A stretch of DNA of 64,000 bases from Patescibacteria group bacterium (GTDB lineage: Bacteria; Patescibacteriota; Patescibacteriia; Buchananbacterales; UBA6539), in NCBI GenBank assembly GCA_034003985.1, contig JAVEXP010000003.1:58643-122642 (forward strand), given 5' to 3'. Positions 45,857 to 55,647 of this stretch are shown one piece after another. The notes under the pieces were generated by a model. The model did no database searches and was not told where the DNA came from. It saw only the letters and a program-made list of their open reading frames with translations. The stretch's first letter is position 1. Each line of letters starts with the position of its first letter. The position numbers and the translations under genes were made by a program.

Positions 45857-47612
45857 CGTTAAGCTGCATCATGCTGCGCATTGCGTCATTGTTAGAACTG
45901 TTGGAATTTGAATTTGACGAAGAAGTAACGCCACTAGATCCGCCGATAGTTTGGGTAATGACCTGATCACCTTCAGTCAAACCGTCAACAATTTCAATCA
46001 TTGTATCATTACTTAAACCAGTGGTAACGGCCACTCGTTGAGGTTGACTATCAACCAAAACTTCGACATAACTGCTATTGCCAACGGTCTTGACGGCGCT
46101 CAAAGGAACCATTAAAACATCCTGACTGGAATCAACAATAATATTGGCACTTAAAGTCATGCCCGGTTTAATTCTATCGTCTTGAACATCAAAGCCAATC
46201 TTGATGCCATAACTTACCACCCCGGAAGCGACCGTACCCAAAGTATCAACCTCGGCTACTTCGCCAGTAATCATCAAATTATCGATGGCATCAAATTCCA
46301 AAATCGCGCGCTGGCCAAGTTTAACTTTGGCGGCATCAATTTCATTCAAAGTAATTTCGGCCAATTTGGTGGTAGTAATTAAAGTGGCAACCGTCGTGCC
46401 GGAGCTAACGGTGTCCCCTTTACTGACATTCACTTCGGCAAGAACGCCGTCAAAAGGCGCCCGGACATAATAATCAGCCAACTCCTGCCGGGCATCAAGC
46501 AATGAATTTTCTTTTTGCTTGATAGCCAACTTCTGGGATTTAATATCAAGCTCATCGGTACCGGCCAGCAACTCGGCTAAAGTACCTTCCTGTTCGGCAA
46601 TTGTCCGATCAGCATCAACGATGTCTTTTTGATAATTGATGATACTATTTTTAGCAGACAATATTGATGAAATATGACTATTGACTTTACTGGTATAACT
46701 TTCCAAGTTGTTTTGATGGGTAGCAGTCGCGCCTGGAACCTGAACATCCTTGCTGGTTAAGGTGTCTTCAAAAAAATCAATTAAATTTTTCATATTCTTA
46801 ACCGATTCCGAAACATCTTTGATAGTGTTATAAGTCTGAAGAATTAAGGCTTCAATTTCTTCGTTGTTGGAATAACGGCTAGAGTTTTTATAGTCCTCAA
46901 AATTCTGCTCATATTCCTGACGGGCTTTATCATAGCTAGCAATGGCTTTATCGACATACTCATCAACCTTATACTCCTGGCCGTTACCGACATAACGCTT
47001 GGCCAGAGTTTTGTAATAATCAATATTCCACTGATCGTTACTAAAATCATTACCAAAAATAACGCCATCCAACCCCGCCATCAAACTTGGCAAATCCAAA
47101 AAAACATTAGCCACATCATTAAAACCATTTTCGTAAGAAAGCGCGAGATTTTCTGCAATCTCCAACTTGTTTTCCTTGGCTTGTTCAAGGTTATTTTGGG
47201 CTTTGGCCACTTCCAATTCATCGGCGGGCGCCGTTAATTTTTCCAATGAAATTTTGGCGCTTTCCAAATTGGCTTGAGCATCGCGAATTGATTTTAAAGC
47301 CGAAACATTATCCAACTGAGCGATTAATTCGCCGGATTTTACTTCCTGGCCGTTTACTACTCCCAAGTAAAGCACTTTGCCCGATGCCTCGGGTTTGATT
47401 TCAACCTGATTAGAAACAGCCACTTGGCCAGTACCAGAAACGGCAACGCTGATCGTCCCCTTTTCAGCAGCGGCGGCAACATACTGAACGGTAATATCCG
47501 ACTCACCCTTGAAATATTGCCAAGCATACCAACTGCCGAAGCCAACCAAAGCCGAAGCAACGACGGGAATAATTATTTTTTTAGAAAAAATCTTTTTTAG
47601 GATAGGTTTCAT
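45834..47612 (-). CDS. HlyD/MacA-family periplasmic adaptor (membrane fusion protein) with a long coiled coil and an S/N-rich C-terminal tail
   Basis: N-terminal TM, biotinyl/lipoyl-like and coiled-coil hairpin segments, a beta-barrel domain and a tail GSSGVTSSSNSNSNSSNND. Forms a MacAB-like operon with the two downstream genes. Confidence 0.7.
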   Translation of the reverse strand: MKPILKKIFSKKIIIPVVASALVGFGSWYAWQYFKGESDITVQYVAAAAEKGTISVAVSGTGQVAVSNQVEIKPEASGKVLYLGVVNGQEVKSGELIAQLDNVSALKSIRDAQANLESAKISLEKLTAPADELEVAKAQNNLEQAKENKLEIAENLALSYENGFNDVANVFLDLPSLMAGLDGVIFGNDFSNDQWNIDYYKTLAKRYVGNGQEYKVDEYVDKAIASYDKARQEYEQNFEDYKNSSRYSNNEEIEALILQTYNTIKDVSESVKNMKNLIDFFEDTLTSKDVQVPGATATHQNNLESYTSKVNSHISSILSAKNSIINYQKDIVDADRTIAEQEGTLAELLAGTDELDIKSQKLAIKQKENSLLDARQELADYYVRAPFDGVLAEVNVSKGDTVSSGTTVATLITTTKLAEITLNEIDAAKVKLGQRAILEFDAIDNLMITGEVAEVDTLGTVASGVVSYGIKIGFDVQDDRIKPGMTLSANIIVDSSQDVLMVPLSAVKTVGNSSYVEVLVDSQPQRVAVTTGLSNDTMIEIVDGLTEGDQVITQTIGGSSGVTSSSNSNSNSSNNDAMRSMMQLNGATGPPR

Positions 47613-47843
47613 ATAAATTTTTATATTTTAACCCCCACTAGTCTGTAGCCACTAGCGAGGGTTAAAATATATGCTACAGCTAAATTTTGCCGGTTAATTA
47701 TTAAGCTTATTTGACTGATTATTTTTTAAACTACTTACTATAATACGCAAAAATATCAATTTTATTTCAAGGGGCAGTAAATTACAAACCTTTGAATTTT
47801 TGATATAATAAATCAGGGAAACTAAATAACTTAAACTAATACC

Positions 47844-50378
47844 ATGTCATTTGGGCAATACACAACAGCCAGCCAGGCCGAGTTATTCAAAATATTGGAC
47901 ACTAAACCAGGCGGCCTGACCGAAATGGAAGTCGCCAGGCGCCATAAAAAAAACGGCCTCAACACCATTGAGTCGGAAAAAGTCAGTTGGTTTATCATTT
48001 TGGCCAGGCAATTCAAATCATCCTTCATCTATTTATTGGCGCTGGCTGGGGCCACTTCTTTTTTATTGAATCAAGCCACGGAAGGAATAATGATTATCAT
48101 TTTTGTAGGCATTAATGTCGCTTTAGGATTTTGCCAAGAATATAAATCGGAAAAAAATTTAAAAATCCTTAAAAACTGCGCGGCCCAAGAAAGCAAGGTA
48201 ATTCGCAACAGCAAAGAAAAAATAGTTGATACCAGACAATTAGCAGTCGGCGACATCATCACTTTTGAAACCGGCGACTTGATCGGCGCTGATGCCAGAA
48301 TTTTAGAAGCAACCAGTCTGACAATTGACGAATCGGCGCTAAGCGGTGAATCAAATCCAGTGGCAAAGCAAGCCGAGGTCTTAAAGCATGAAGTGGCCGA
48401 AATTTATCAAGCTAAAAATATCACCTTTGCCGGAACCACGGTTACTACCGGCAGCGGGTGCGGAGTAGTGATTGCCAGCGGGAAGCAGATGCAGTTTGGC
48501 CGGATTTCAAGCCTGACGGTTAAAACCAAGCGCCAAAGCGCATTTCAAAACAATATCAACAAAATCAGCAGTTTTATTCTCAAGCTGATTATCACAACCC
48601 TAATAGTTGTTTTTATCGCCAACCTGGCAATTAAAGGTGAACAGGCCAATATCGGCGAATTGTTAATTTTTGCCATCGCCCTGGCAGTCAGCGTGGTACC
48701 GGAAGCGCTGCCGGTGGTAACCACTTTTTCGTTTACCCGCGGGGCGGTAAAGTTGGCCAAAAAGAAGGTAGTGGTCAAACGCTTGTCGGCAATTGAAGAT
48801 TTGGGCGGTATTGAAGTATTGTGTACAGACAAAACCGGCACCCTGACTGAAAATAAAATGCGGGTGGCCGAAATCTACGGTTCCGACCAAAGCCAAACGG
48901 TTTGGTATGCCACCTTGGCCAACGATTCACTAAAAGGCGGCAAGCAAATTTCGGCTAATGCTTTTGATTTAGCTTTGGAAAACAGCTTAACCGCCACCCA
49001 GACAAAAAATTTAGCCCGGGCAAAAAAAATCGCCAAACTGCCGTTTGATCCGGACAGACGGCGCAACAGCGCTTTGGTTAAAATTAATAATCGCCGTTTA
49101 CTTATTGTTCGAGGAGCGCCCGAAGCGATAATTGAACATTGTCGACTAACCAGAACCAATCGAACGGCAATTAATCGCTGGGTCAAGCAGCAAGGCCAAT
49201 TGGGCCGGCGAATTTTAACGGTAGCACTCAATCCCCGCCTCGTCAAAGACGAATATGCCGCCCCAGCAGAAACTCAAAACTTGGAACTGATTGGCGCAAT
49301 TTCATTCATTGACCCGATCAAACCAACGGCCAAAAAAGCGGTAAGCCAAGCCGAGGAACTGGGCGTTGATGTTAAAATTTTAACCGGTGATTCCCGAGAG
49401 GTGGCCACCGATGTCGCTTTGCAAGTCGGCTTAATAACCAACCAAAGTCAAGTAATCACCGGCGAAGAGCTGGAAAAAATGAATCCAGCCCAAGTGAAAA
49501 AGACCATTATGAATTATGAGGTGTTCGCCCGAGTCTCGCCAGAACAAAAATACCGAATTATTCAGCTAATGCAGGAACAAAAGCAGGTAGGATTTTTAGG
49601 TGAAGGAATCAATGACGCGCCAGCCCTAAAAATTGCCAATGTTGCTATTGCTGTTGTCGGCGCCGCTGACATCGCCAAAGAAGCCGCCGACATTATCCTG
49701 CTCCAAAAAAATTTGAATATTATCATCGAAGGCATCAGCGAAGGCCGAAAAATATTTTCCAACACCATCAAATACATCAAATCGACACTAGCTTCCAACT
49801 TTGGAAACTTTTTTGCCGTCGCCTCGGCCTCGCTGCTGATCGATTTTTTACCAATGCTGCCGCTGCAAATTCTACTGCTGAACCTGCTCTCTGATTTCCC
49901 AATGATTGCTGTCGCCGCCGACAATGTTGATCCCGAAGAACTAAAACAGCCTGGTGGTTACAACATCAAAGACATCGCTTTACTGGCGCTGGTTTTGGGA
50001 ATGGTCAGCACAATTTTTGATTTTTTGTTTTTCGGTTTATTTTACAAAATCTCCCCGACCGTGCTACAAACCAACTGGTTTATCGGCAGCATTCTGACTG
50101 AATTGGTGCTAATATTTTCCATCCGCAGCAAAAAGAAATTTTATTCGGCCACTCGACCATCAAAAATTTTATTCTGGCTTACTTTCGTTACGATCATCAT
50201 TACCGTGGCTTTACCCTTCACCACTTTCGCCCAAAAAATATTCAAATTTACTGCCCCCAACATTTTCCATCTTTTGATGATTGCCGTCATCGTCTTAGTC
50301 TACTTCCTAATCAATGAAAAAATTAAAACCTACTATTTTCGGCTAACCAATAACCGGGCCAACCAGCAAACCATATGA
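47844..50378 (+). CDS. Cation-transporting P-type ATPase (P2/P3-type, Ca2+/Mg2+-like)
   Basis: CTDKTGTLTENKM phosphorylation site, TGDSREVA, GDGINDAPALK and ten TM helices. 844 aa. Confidence 0.85.
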   Translation: MSFGQYTTASQAELFKILDTKPGGLTEMEVARRHKKNGLNTIESEKVSWFIILARQFKSSFIYLLALAGATSFLLNQATEGIMIIIFVGINVALGFCQEYKSEKNLKILKNCAAQESKVIRNSKEKIVDTRQLAVGDIITFETGDLIGADARILEATSLTIDESALSGESNPVAKQAEVLKHEVAEIYQAKNITFAGTTVTTGSGCGVVIASGKQMQFGRISSLTVKTKRQSAFQNNINKISSFILKLIITTLIVVFIANLAIKGEQANIGELLIFAIALAVSVVPEALPVVTTFSFTRGAVKLAKKKVVVKRLSAIEDLGGIEVLCTDKTGTLTENKMRVAEIYGSDQSQTVWYATLANDSLKGGKQISANAFDLALENSLTATQTKNLARAKKIAKLPFDPDRRRNSALVKINNRRLLIVRGAPEAIIEHCRLTRTNRTAINRWVKQQGQLGRRILTVALNPRLVKDEYAAPAETQNLELIGAISFIDPIKPTAKKAVSQAEELGVDVKILTGDSREVATDVALQVGLITNQSQVITGEELEKMNPAQVKKTIMNYEVFARVSPEQKYRIIQLMQEQKQVGFLGEGINDAPALKIANVAIAVVGAADIAKEAADIILLQKNLNIIIEGISEGRKIFSNTIKYIKSTLASNFGNFFAVASASLLIDFLPMLPLQILLLNLLSDFPMIAVAADNVDPEELKQPGGYNIKDIALLALVLGMVSTIFDFLFFGLFYKISPTVLQTNWFIGSILTELVLIFSIRSKKKFYSATRPSKILFWLTFVTIIITVALPFTTFAQKIFKFTAPNIFHLLMIAVIVLVYFLINEKIKTYYFRLTNNRANQQTI

Positions 50379-50824
50379 AAAAAATCGGATTATTAACCAG
50401 CGGCGTTGTCCTAATCATTGTTATCAGCGGTTTGATCTTGACAATTAAGCCCTCAATCGCCCCGACAATGCCAACTAACCAACCGCCAAACCCAACGGCC
50501 AACGACTTAATTGAAGTTAACCAACCAAAGCCCAATACTGCCATAACATCACCCTACCGGGTTGACGGGCAAGCACGGGGGCATTGGTTTTTTGAAGCAA
50601 CATTCCCAATCATCTTAACGGACAACCAAGGAAACATCTTGGCCAGCAGTTATGCTACTGCCCAAGATGACTGGATGACAACCGAGTTTGTCCCTTTCAG
50701 TGGTGAAATAATTTTTACCAAACCAACCAGCACTACTCAAGGTCAGTTGATATTTAAAAAAGATAATCCATCGGGCTTAAGCGAATACGACGAACAAATT
50801 GCCATCCCGATTACTTTTGAATAA
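50375..50824 (+). CDS. Membrane-anchored Gmad2-like Ig-fold protein
   Basis: An N-terminal TM, then ITSPYRVDGQARGHWFFEATFPIILTDNQGNILASSYATAQDDWMTTEFVPFSGEIIF, resembling the GerM/Gmad2 Ig-like domain. ATGA overlap with the upstream ATPase. Confidence 0.4.
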   Translation: MKKIGLLTSGVVLIIVISGLILTIKPSIAPTMPTNQPPNPTANDLIEVNQPKPNTAITSPYRVDGQARGHWFFEATFPIILTDNQGNILASSYATAQDDWMTTEFVPFSGEIIFTKPTSTTQGQLIFKKDNPSGLSEYDEQIAIPITFE

Positions 50825-50873
50825 ATCAAAAAGCCGCTCGATCATGATGAATGCGTAACGGCTTTTTTAATTA

Positions 50874-51902
50874 TTAGTCCCACTGCAAATTGCCAGAGGT
50901 TTGATATTCGTTAACCCTGGTTTCAAAAAAATTCTTTTCTTTGCGAGCGTCAATAATTTCACTCATCCAAGGAAATGGATTAGCTGTATTATAAACTTTT
51001 GCCAAACCAATGCGCTCCAACCGCCGATCAGCGATATATTTAAGATAGTCTTCAACAATATCGGCGCGCAATCCCAAAATGCCCTTGGGCAAAGCATCGT
51101 AAGCATACTTAGTTTCCAAAGCGACTGCCTTAACAATATTATCCTTGATGTTCTGCTGGAATTCCGCCGTCCAAATATCGGGATTTTCGTTGACAATCGT
51201 ATTGATTAAATCGGTGCCAAAAGCCAGATGAACCGATTCATCACGCAGAATAAACTGGAATTGCTCACCAACGCCGATCATTTTATTATGGCGCAATAAA
51301 GAAAGCATCATCGCAAAACCGGCGTAAAAAAAGATGCCCTCCATAATGACATAAAACCCAACCAAATCATGGACAAACCGTTGAATATTGGCCACCCCGA
51401 CGGTGTTAAAATTCGGATCCAGTACGGATTTGGTCATATCAACCACAAAATCGTCCTTTTCTTTGATGCTGGGAATTTTTTCGTACATCGTATAAATTTC
51501 GTCCGGATCGAGACCTAAAGAATCACAACAATAAATAAAAGTATCGGTATGAACTGCCTCTTCGTAAGCCTGGCGCAACATATACTGGCGGCATTCGGGA
51601 TTGGTGACATGACGATAAATCGCCAAAACAATATTATTGGCGGTTAAACTTTCAGCGGTGGAAAAAAATCCCAAATTCCATAAAATCATTCGTCGCTCAT
51701 CGGCCGTTAAGGCTTTAGGGCCCTGGCGTTTCCACAATTCAATATCATCCTGCATTGGAACTTCTTCGGGGACCCAGTTATTGGCCACCCCGTTTTTGTA
51801 ATGCAATCGCGCCCAGGGATACTTCAAAGGTAAAATTTTATTGGGATCGGTGGTTGAGTTGTTAATTATTCCTACAGGCATAAAATTGATAATTATTGAC
51901 AA
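50874..51902 (-). CDS. nrdB: Ribonucleotide reductase class Ia beta subunit (R2)
   Basis: Di-iron/tyrosyl ligand regions EAVHTDTFIYC and FEGIFFYAGFAMMLSL; C-terminal tail for R1 binding. 342 aa. Confidence 0.85.
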   Translation of the reverse strand: MSIIINFMPVGIINNSTTDPNKILPLKYPWARLHYKNGVANNWVPEEVPMQDDIELWKRQGPKALTADERRMILWNLGFFSTAESLTANNIVLAIYRHVTNPECRQYMLRQAYEEAVHTDTFIYCCDSLGLDPDEIYTMYEKIPSIKEKDDFVVDMTKSVLDPNFNTVGVANIQRFVHDLVGFYVIMEGIFFYAGFAMMLSLLRHNKMIGVGEQFQFILRDESVHLAFGTDLINTIVNENPDIWTAEFQQNIKDNIVKAVALETKYAYDALPKGILGLRADIVEDYLKYIADRRLERIGLAKVYNTANPFPWMSEIIDARKEKNFFETRVNEYQTSGNLQWD

Positions 51903-54706
51903 GATTCACAAGTTGGATCGTCGATTTTACAAAGCAATAAATTGTTGTTGGCAACCTCGGCAGGGCTGGCCGAAGCCAGAACCACTGGTTCAACCGAAGG
52001 CCTGATGGTTAGATCTTCGGCCTGATGAGCAATATTGGACATACTTTTTTGTTTATCTAAATCCAAAGCGCTTTGCTCCACAGCAGTAGCCCCCAAGGTT
52101 CGCAAATAATAAGTAGTTTTCAACCCCAGCCGCCAAGCCAGCTGATACATATCGGCAATCTTCTTGCCAGAATTACCCTTAAAAAACAAGTTCAATGACT
52201 GACTTTGATCAATCCACTTGCCGCGATAAGCGGCGGCTTGAATTAACCAATCAGCTTCAATTTCAAAAACTTCTTTATATTTGTCCTGCAAAACTTCGGG
52301 GATTTGTTTAAGGTCGCCAATACTGCCCTCGTGACCCTTAATCATCGCCAAAATTTCTTCGTTCCATAATTGTCGTTTTTTAAGATCAGCAACCAAATAA
52401 GGATTAACAATAATAAACTCACCGCTCATGTTGGATTTGACATAAACATTCTTATAGATTGGTTCAATGCTGGGAAAACACCCGGCGATATTGGCGATCG
52501 TCGCCGTCGGGGCAATAGCCATACAGTTGGAATTACGCATGCCATATTTGGCAACAGCCTGGCGAACCGGTTGCCAGTCCAGTTTGCCCTGACGCTTGAC
52601 TTCAATTGTTTCACCCCGTTCTTGTTCCAATAAATCGAGGGTATCAACCGGAAATATCCCCCGATCCCATTTGGAACCGCGGTAGCTTTGGTAAGCCCCC
52701 CGCTCTTGAGCCAATTGGCTGGAAGCTAAAATAGCATAGTAAGAAATAACTTCCTGGGAATAGTCAGCAAAATCGATACATTCAGGCGAGCTGAAATTAA
52801 TGTCCAACAAATACAAAGCGTCTTGAAAACCCATCAGCCCCAGGCCTACTGGCCGATGGCGCAAATTGGAATTTTTACCCTCAACAGTCGGATAAAAATT
52901 GATATCAATAACATTATCCAACATTCTCATGGCGGTAGTGACGGTATCTTTCAATAACTCAATATCAAGCTGTTTGTTTTTAAGGTGTCGCGCCAAATTA
53001 ACGGAACCAAGATTACAGACTGCTGTTTCATCAGCCGTAGTATTCAAAGTAATCTCAGTACAGAGGTTGGAACTATGAACCACTCCCACATGATCCTGCG
53101 GTGACCGAATATTAGATGGATCTTTCCAGGTCATCCAGGGATGACCGGTTTCAAACAACATCATAATCATCTTCTTCCAAAGCTCGCGGGCTTTGATTTT
53201 TTGGAACAAGCGTAATTTACCCTGGCTGGCCAAGGTTTCGTAATGCGTGTAGCGAGAAACAAAATTACGACCGTAAGCATGGTGCAAATCAGAGGTTTCC
53301 TCGGGCGAAAACAAAATCCAGTCCTGATCAGCCATCACCCGCTGCATAAATAAATCAGGGATCCAGGCGGCAGTATTCATGTCGTGAGTGCGCCGCCGCT
53401 CATCGCCGGTGTTCTTGCGCAGTTCCAAAAAATCGGGAAAATCACAATGCCACGCTTCCAAGTAGGCGCAAGTCGCGCCACGCCGACGGCCGGATCGATT
53501 TATGGCGACAGTGGTATCATTGGCAATCTTTAAGAATGGAATTACACCCTGGCTTTCAACGCCCGTCCCTTTAATCAAAGCACCGGTAGCGCGCAGATTG
53601 GTCCAGTCGTTAGCCACTCCGCCAGACCATTTCGACATTTGGGCGTTATCGCCAACACACTTAAAGATGTGGTCCAACGAATCCTCAACCGTTGTCAGAT
53701 AACAAGAACTGAGTTGCGGCTGGTTGGTACCGGCATGAAACAAGGTTGGGGTTGAAGGAACAAAACGCAAGGAAGAAATTAAATCATAGAACTGCAAGGC
53801 CCGAGCTTCGGCCTCGTCTTCATTAACCGCCAAACCCATGGCCACCCGCAGCCAAAAAGCCTGAGGCGTTTCCAAAATGCTTTTGGTTTTGGGATTGGAA
53901 ATAAAATAACGATCATATAAAGTTTGACCGCCAAGATAAAAAAACAAATCATCACGCTCAAGTTTAAGCTGTCGGCTTAAAGCTTCGAGATTGAAATTAA
54001 GCAAACGCGGATCAAGCCGGCCGATTTGGACTCCCATCTTAAGATTATTGATAAAAGCCTGACGATATTGTTGATCAAGATTTTTATAGTCTAATTTCTG
54101 ACCAATGACCTCGCGATAAAGCGAATCAAACAACAACCGAACGGCAACTCGGGAATAAGCCGGATCGCGCTCAATTAAACTGCGGGCGGCCAGCACTCTG
54201 GCTTTGGCGATTTCAGCAGTCTTAATGCCATCAAACAAATTGGCCTCGGTCTGTTTAACCATTAAATCAATATCAACTTCGGATTCGAAGCCCTTGACTA
54301 CCCAGCCAAAAGAGTTCTTAAGTTTTTTTAGGGAAAATTTTTCCTTTTGGCCGGAGCGCTTAACAACCGTCAGATCGCTTCGTTCAATCTTTTCCTGAAG
54401 ATCCTGACGCTGCTGATCTCTGACCTTAGAATGCTCATAACGATAAATAATATAACTTCTGGCAACCTCAAAAAAACCACTGGCCATCAGTTTTTTCTCG
54501 ACAATATTTTGGACATCCTCAACCCCGGGCATAGCATCAACAAACCGATTAGCCAATTCCAAAACCGCATCGTCAACGATTATTTCAAGTTGTTCTTCGG
54601 TAACATCTTGCCCAAGGGCAGCAAAGGCTTGGCGCAAGGCATTAACAATTTTTTTAGAATCAAAATCAACAATCCGGCCATCACGCTTTTTGATTTGAGC
54701 AATCAT
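51893..54706 (-). CDS. nrdA: Ribonucleotide reductase class Ia alpha subunit (R1) with an N-terminal ATP-cone
   Basis: ATP-cone MIAQIKKRDGRIVDFDSKKIVNALRQA; catalytic region with the conserved Cys/Asn/Glu set (NLCTEI) and C-terminal redox cysteines. 937 aa. Overlaps nrdB by 10 nt. Confidence 0.9.
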   Translation of the reverse strand: MIAQIKKRDGRIVDFDSKKIVNALRQAFAALGQDVTEEQLEIIVDDAVLELANRFVDAMPGVEDVQNIVEKKLMASGFFEVARSYIIYRYEHSKVRDQQRQDLQEKIERSDLTVVKRSGQKEKFSLKKLKNSFGWVVKGFESEVDIDLMVKQTEANLFDGIKTAEIAKARVLAARSLIERDPAYSRVAVRLLFDSLYREVIGQKLDYKNLDQQYRQAFINNLKMGVQIGRLDPRLLNFNLEALSRQLKLERDDLFFYLGGQTLYDRYFISNPKTKSILETPQAFWLRVAMGLAVNEDEAEARALQFYDLISSLRFVPSTPTLFHAGTNQPQLSSCYLTTVEDSLDHIFKCVGDNAQMSKWSGGVANDWTNLRATGALIKGTGVESQGVIPFLKIANDTTVAINRSGRRRGATCAYLEAWHCDFPDFLELRKNTGDERRRTHDMNTAAWIPDLFMQRVMADQDWILFSPEETSDLHHAYGRNFVSRYTHYETLASQGKLRLFQKIKARELWKKMIMMLFETGHPWMTWKDPSNIRSPQDHVGVVHSSNLCTEITLNTTADETAVCNLGSVNLARHLKNKQLDIELLKDTVTTAMRMLDNVIDINFYPTVEGKNSNLRHRPVGLGLMGFQDALYLLDINFSSPECIDFADYSQEVISYYAILASSQLAQERGAYQSYRGSKWDRGIFPVDTLDLLEQERGETIEVKRQGKLDWQPVRQAVAKYGMRNSNCMAIAPTATIANIAGCFPSIEPIYKNVYVKSNMSGEFIIVNPYLVADLKKRQLWNEEILAMIKGHEGSIGDLKQIPEVLQDKYKEVFEIEADWLIQAAAYRGKWIDQSQSLNLFFKGNSGKKIADMYQLAWRLGLKTTYYLRTLGATAVEQSALDLDKQKSMSNIAHQAEDLTIRPSVEPVVLASASPAEVANNNLLLCKIDDPTCESCQ

Positions 54707-54982
54707 ATAATTTAACCTCCTTAAAAATTTAATTACAAGCTTAGGCTGACAAAAAAATAAGACAGGAAACCTAGGCCATCTTATTTTAAACCAGTACCGG
54801 CCAAAATCATTCCGGCGGGTTTGTTAATTATATAAAATATTTTTCAATAAGACAAACACCTAGTAAAATACTAGGAAATTGTTAAAAATGGCAAAGTAAT
54901 CCACAACTCAAGCATTGGATCAAAAAACCCGCCGGTTTGGCCGGCGGGCTGGAAATCATAATGACCGAAGAGAAAATTGCGA

Positions 54983-55468
54983 TTATTCAACAATCAGCTT
55001 GCCAATCATACCCATTTGGCGATGCTGCCCAACGCTACAATAATATTCAAAAGTACCAGCCTGATCAGCAATAAACTCAACCGATGATGAATCACCAGTC
55101 ATTACCTGTTTGGTGGCAGCCCCAAATTCATCGACCACCCAATCATGGAATCCGTCGGTACTAGTAAAATTAATAACCACACGATCTCCCTTTTTCACTG
55201 TGATTTCAGTCTGGGAAAAGGCAAAATTGGTACCGCTGATATTAAAAACTTTAGCCTCATTAGCAGTCGGTTCATCAAGCTGGTCGACCATCTGATCTTC
55301 TGTGATTGAATTATTCACTTCATCAATCATCATTACGCCACGACCCTGATCGTCGGCCAGGGTTTCACTAATATCCGCATCGCTTTGGATAGTAATGTCG
55401 GAAATACTACAACCAGCAACCAGCCCCGATAATCCGATGATGGCTGCCAATAAAAAATATGTCTTCAT
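54983..55468 (-). CDS. Cupredoxin (plastocyanin/azurin-like) lipoprotein
   Basis: Lipobox LVAGC. Type-1 Cu ligand pattern H(DWVVDE)...C-SVGQ-H-RQ-M (FHDW... YYCSVGQHRQMGM). The terminator CCCGCCGG-tttgg-CCGGCGGG+T7 lies at ~54920-54950 on the minus strand. Confidence 0.55.
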   Translation of the reverse strand: MKTYFLLAAIIGLSGLVAGCSISDITIQSDADISETLADDQGRGVMMIDEVNNSITEDQMVDQLDEPTANEAKVFNISGTNFAFSQTEITVKKGDRVVINFTSTDGFHDWVVDEFGAATKQVMTGDSSSVEFIADQAGTFEYYCSVGQHRQMGMIGKLIVE

Positions 55469-55647
55469 ATTTTATTATTTATTATTAAGTAATAATTTAA
55501 TTAATGACGGTTTATACATTTTACCCTATGATGACATAATGTCAAATTATTAAATTCCATTAAACCAAATAGAAAACCAGCCGCTTCGTTTCGCAACGAT
55601 GCGGCTGGCGCAAATTGGTCTGGCCACCAGCCAAGTGTCCACAGTGT

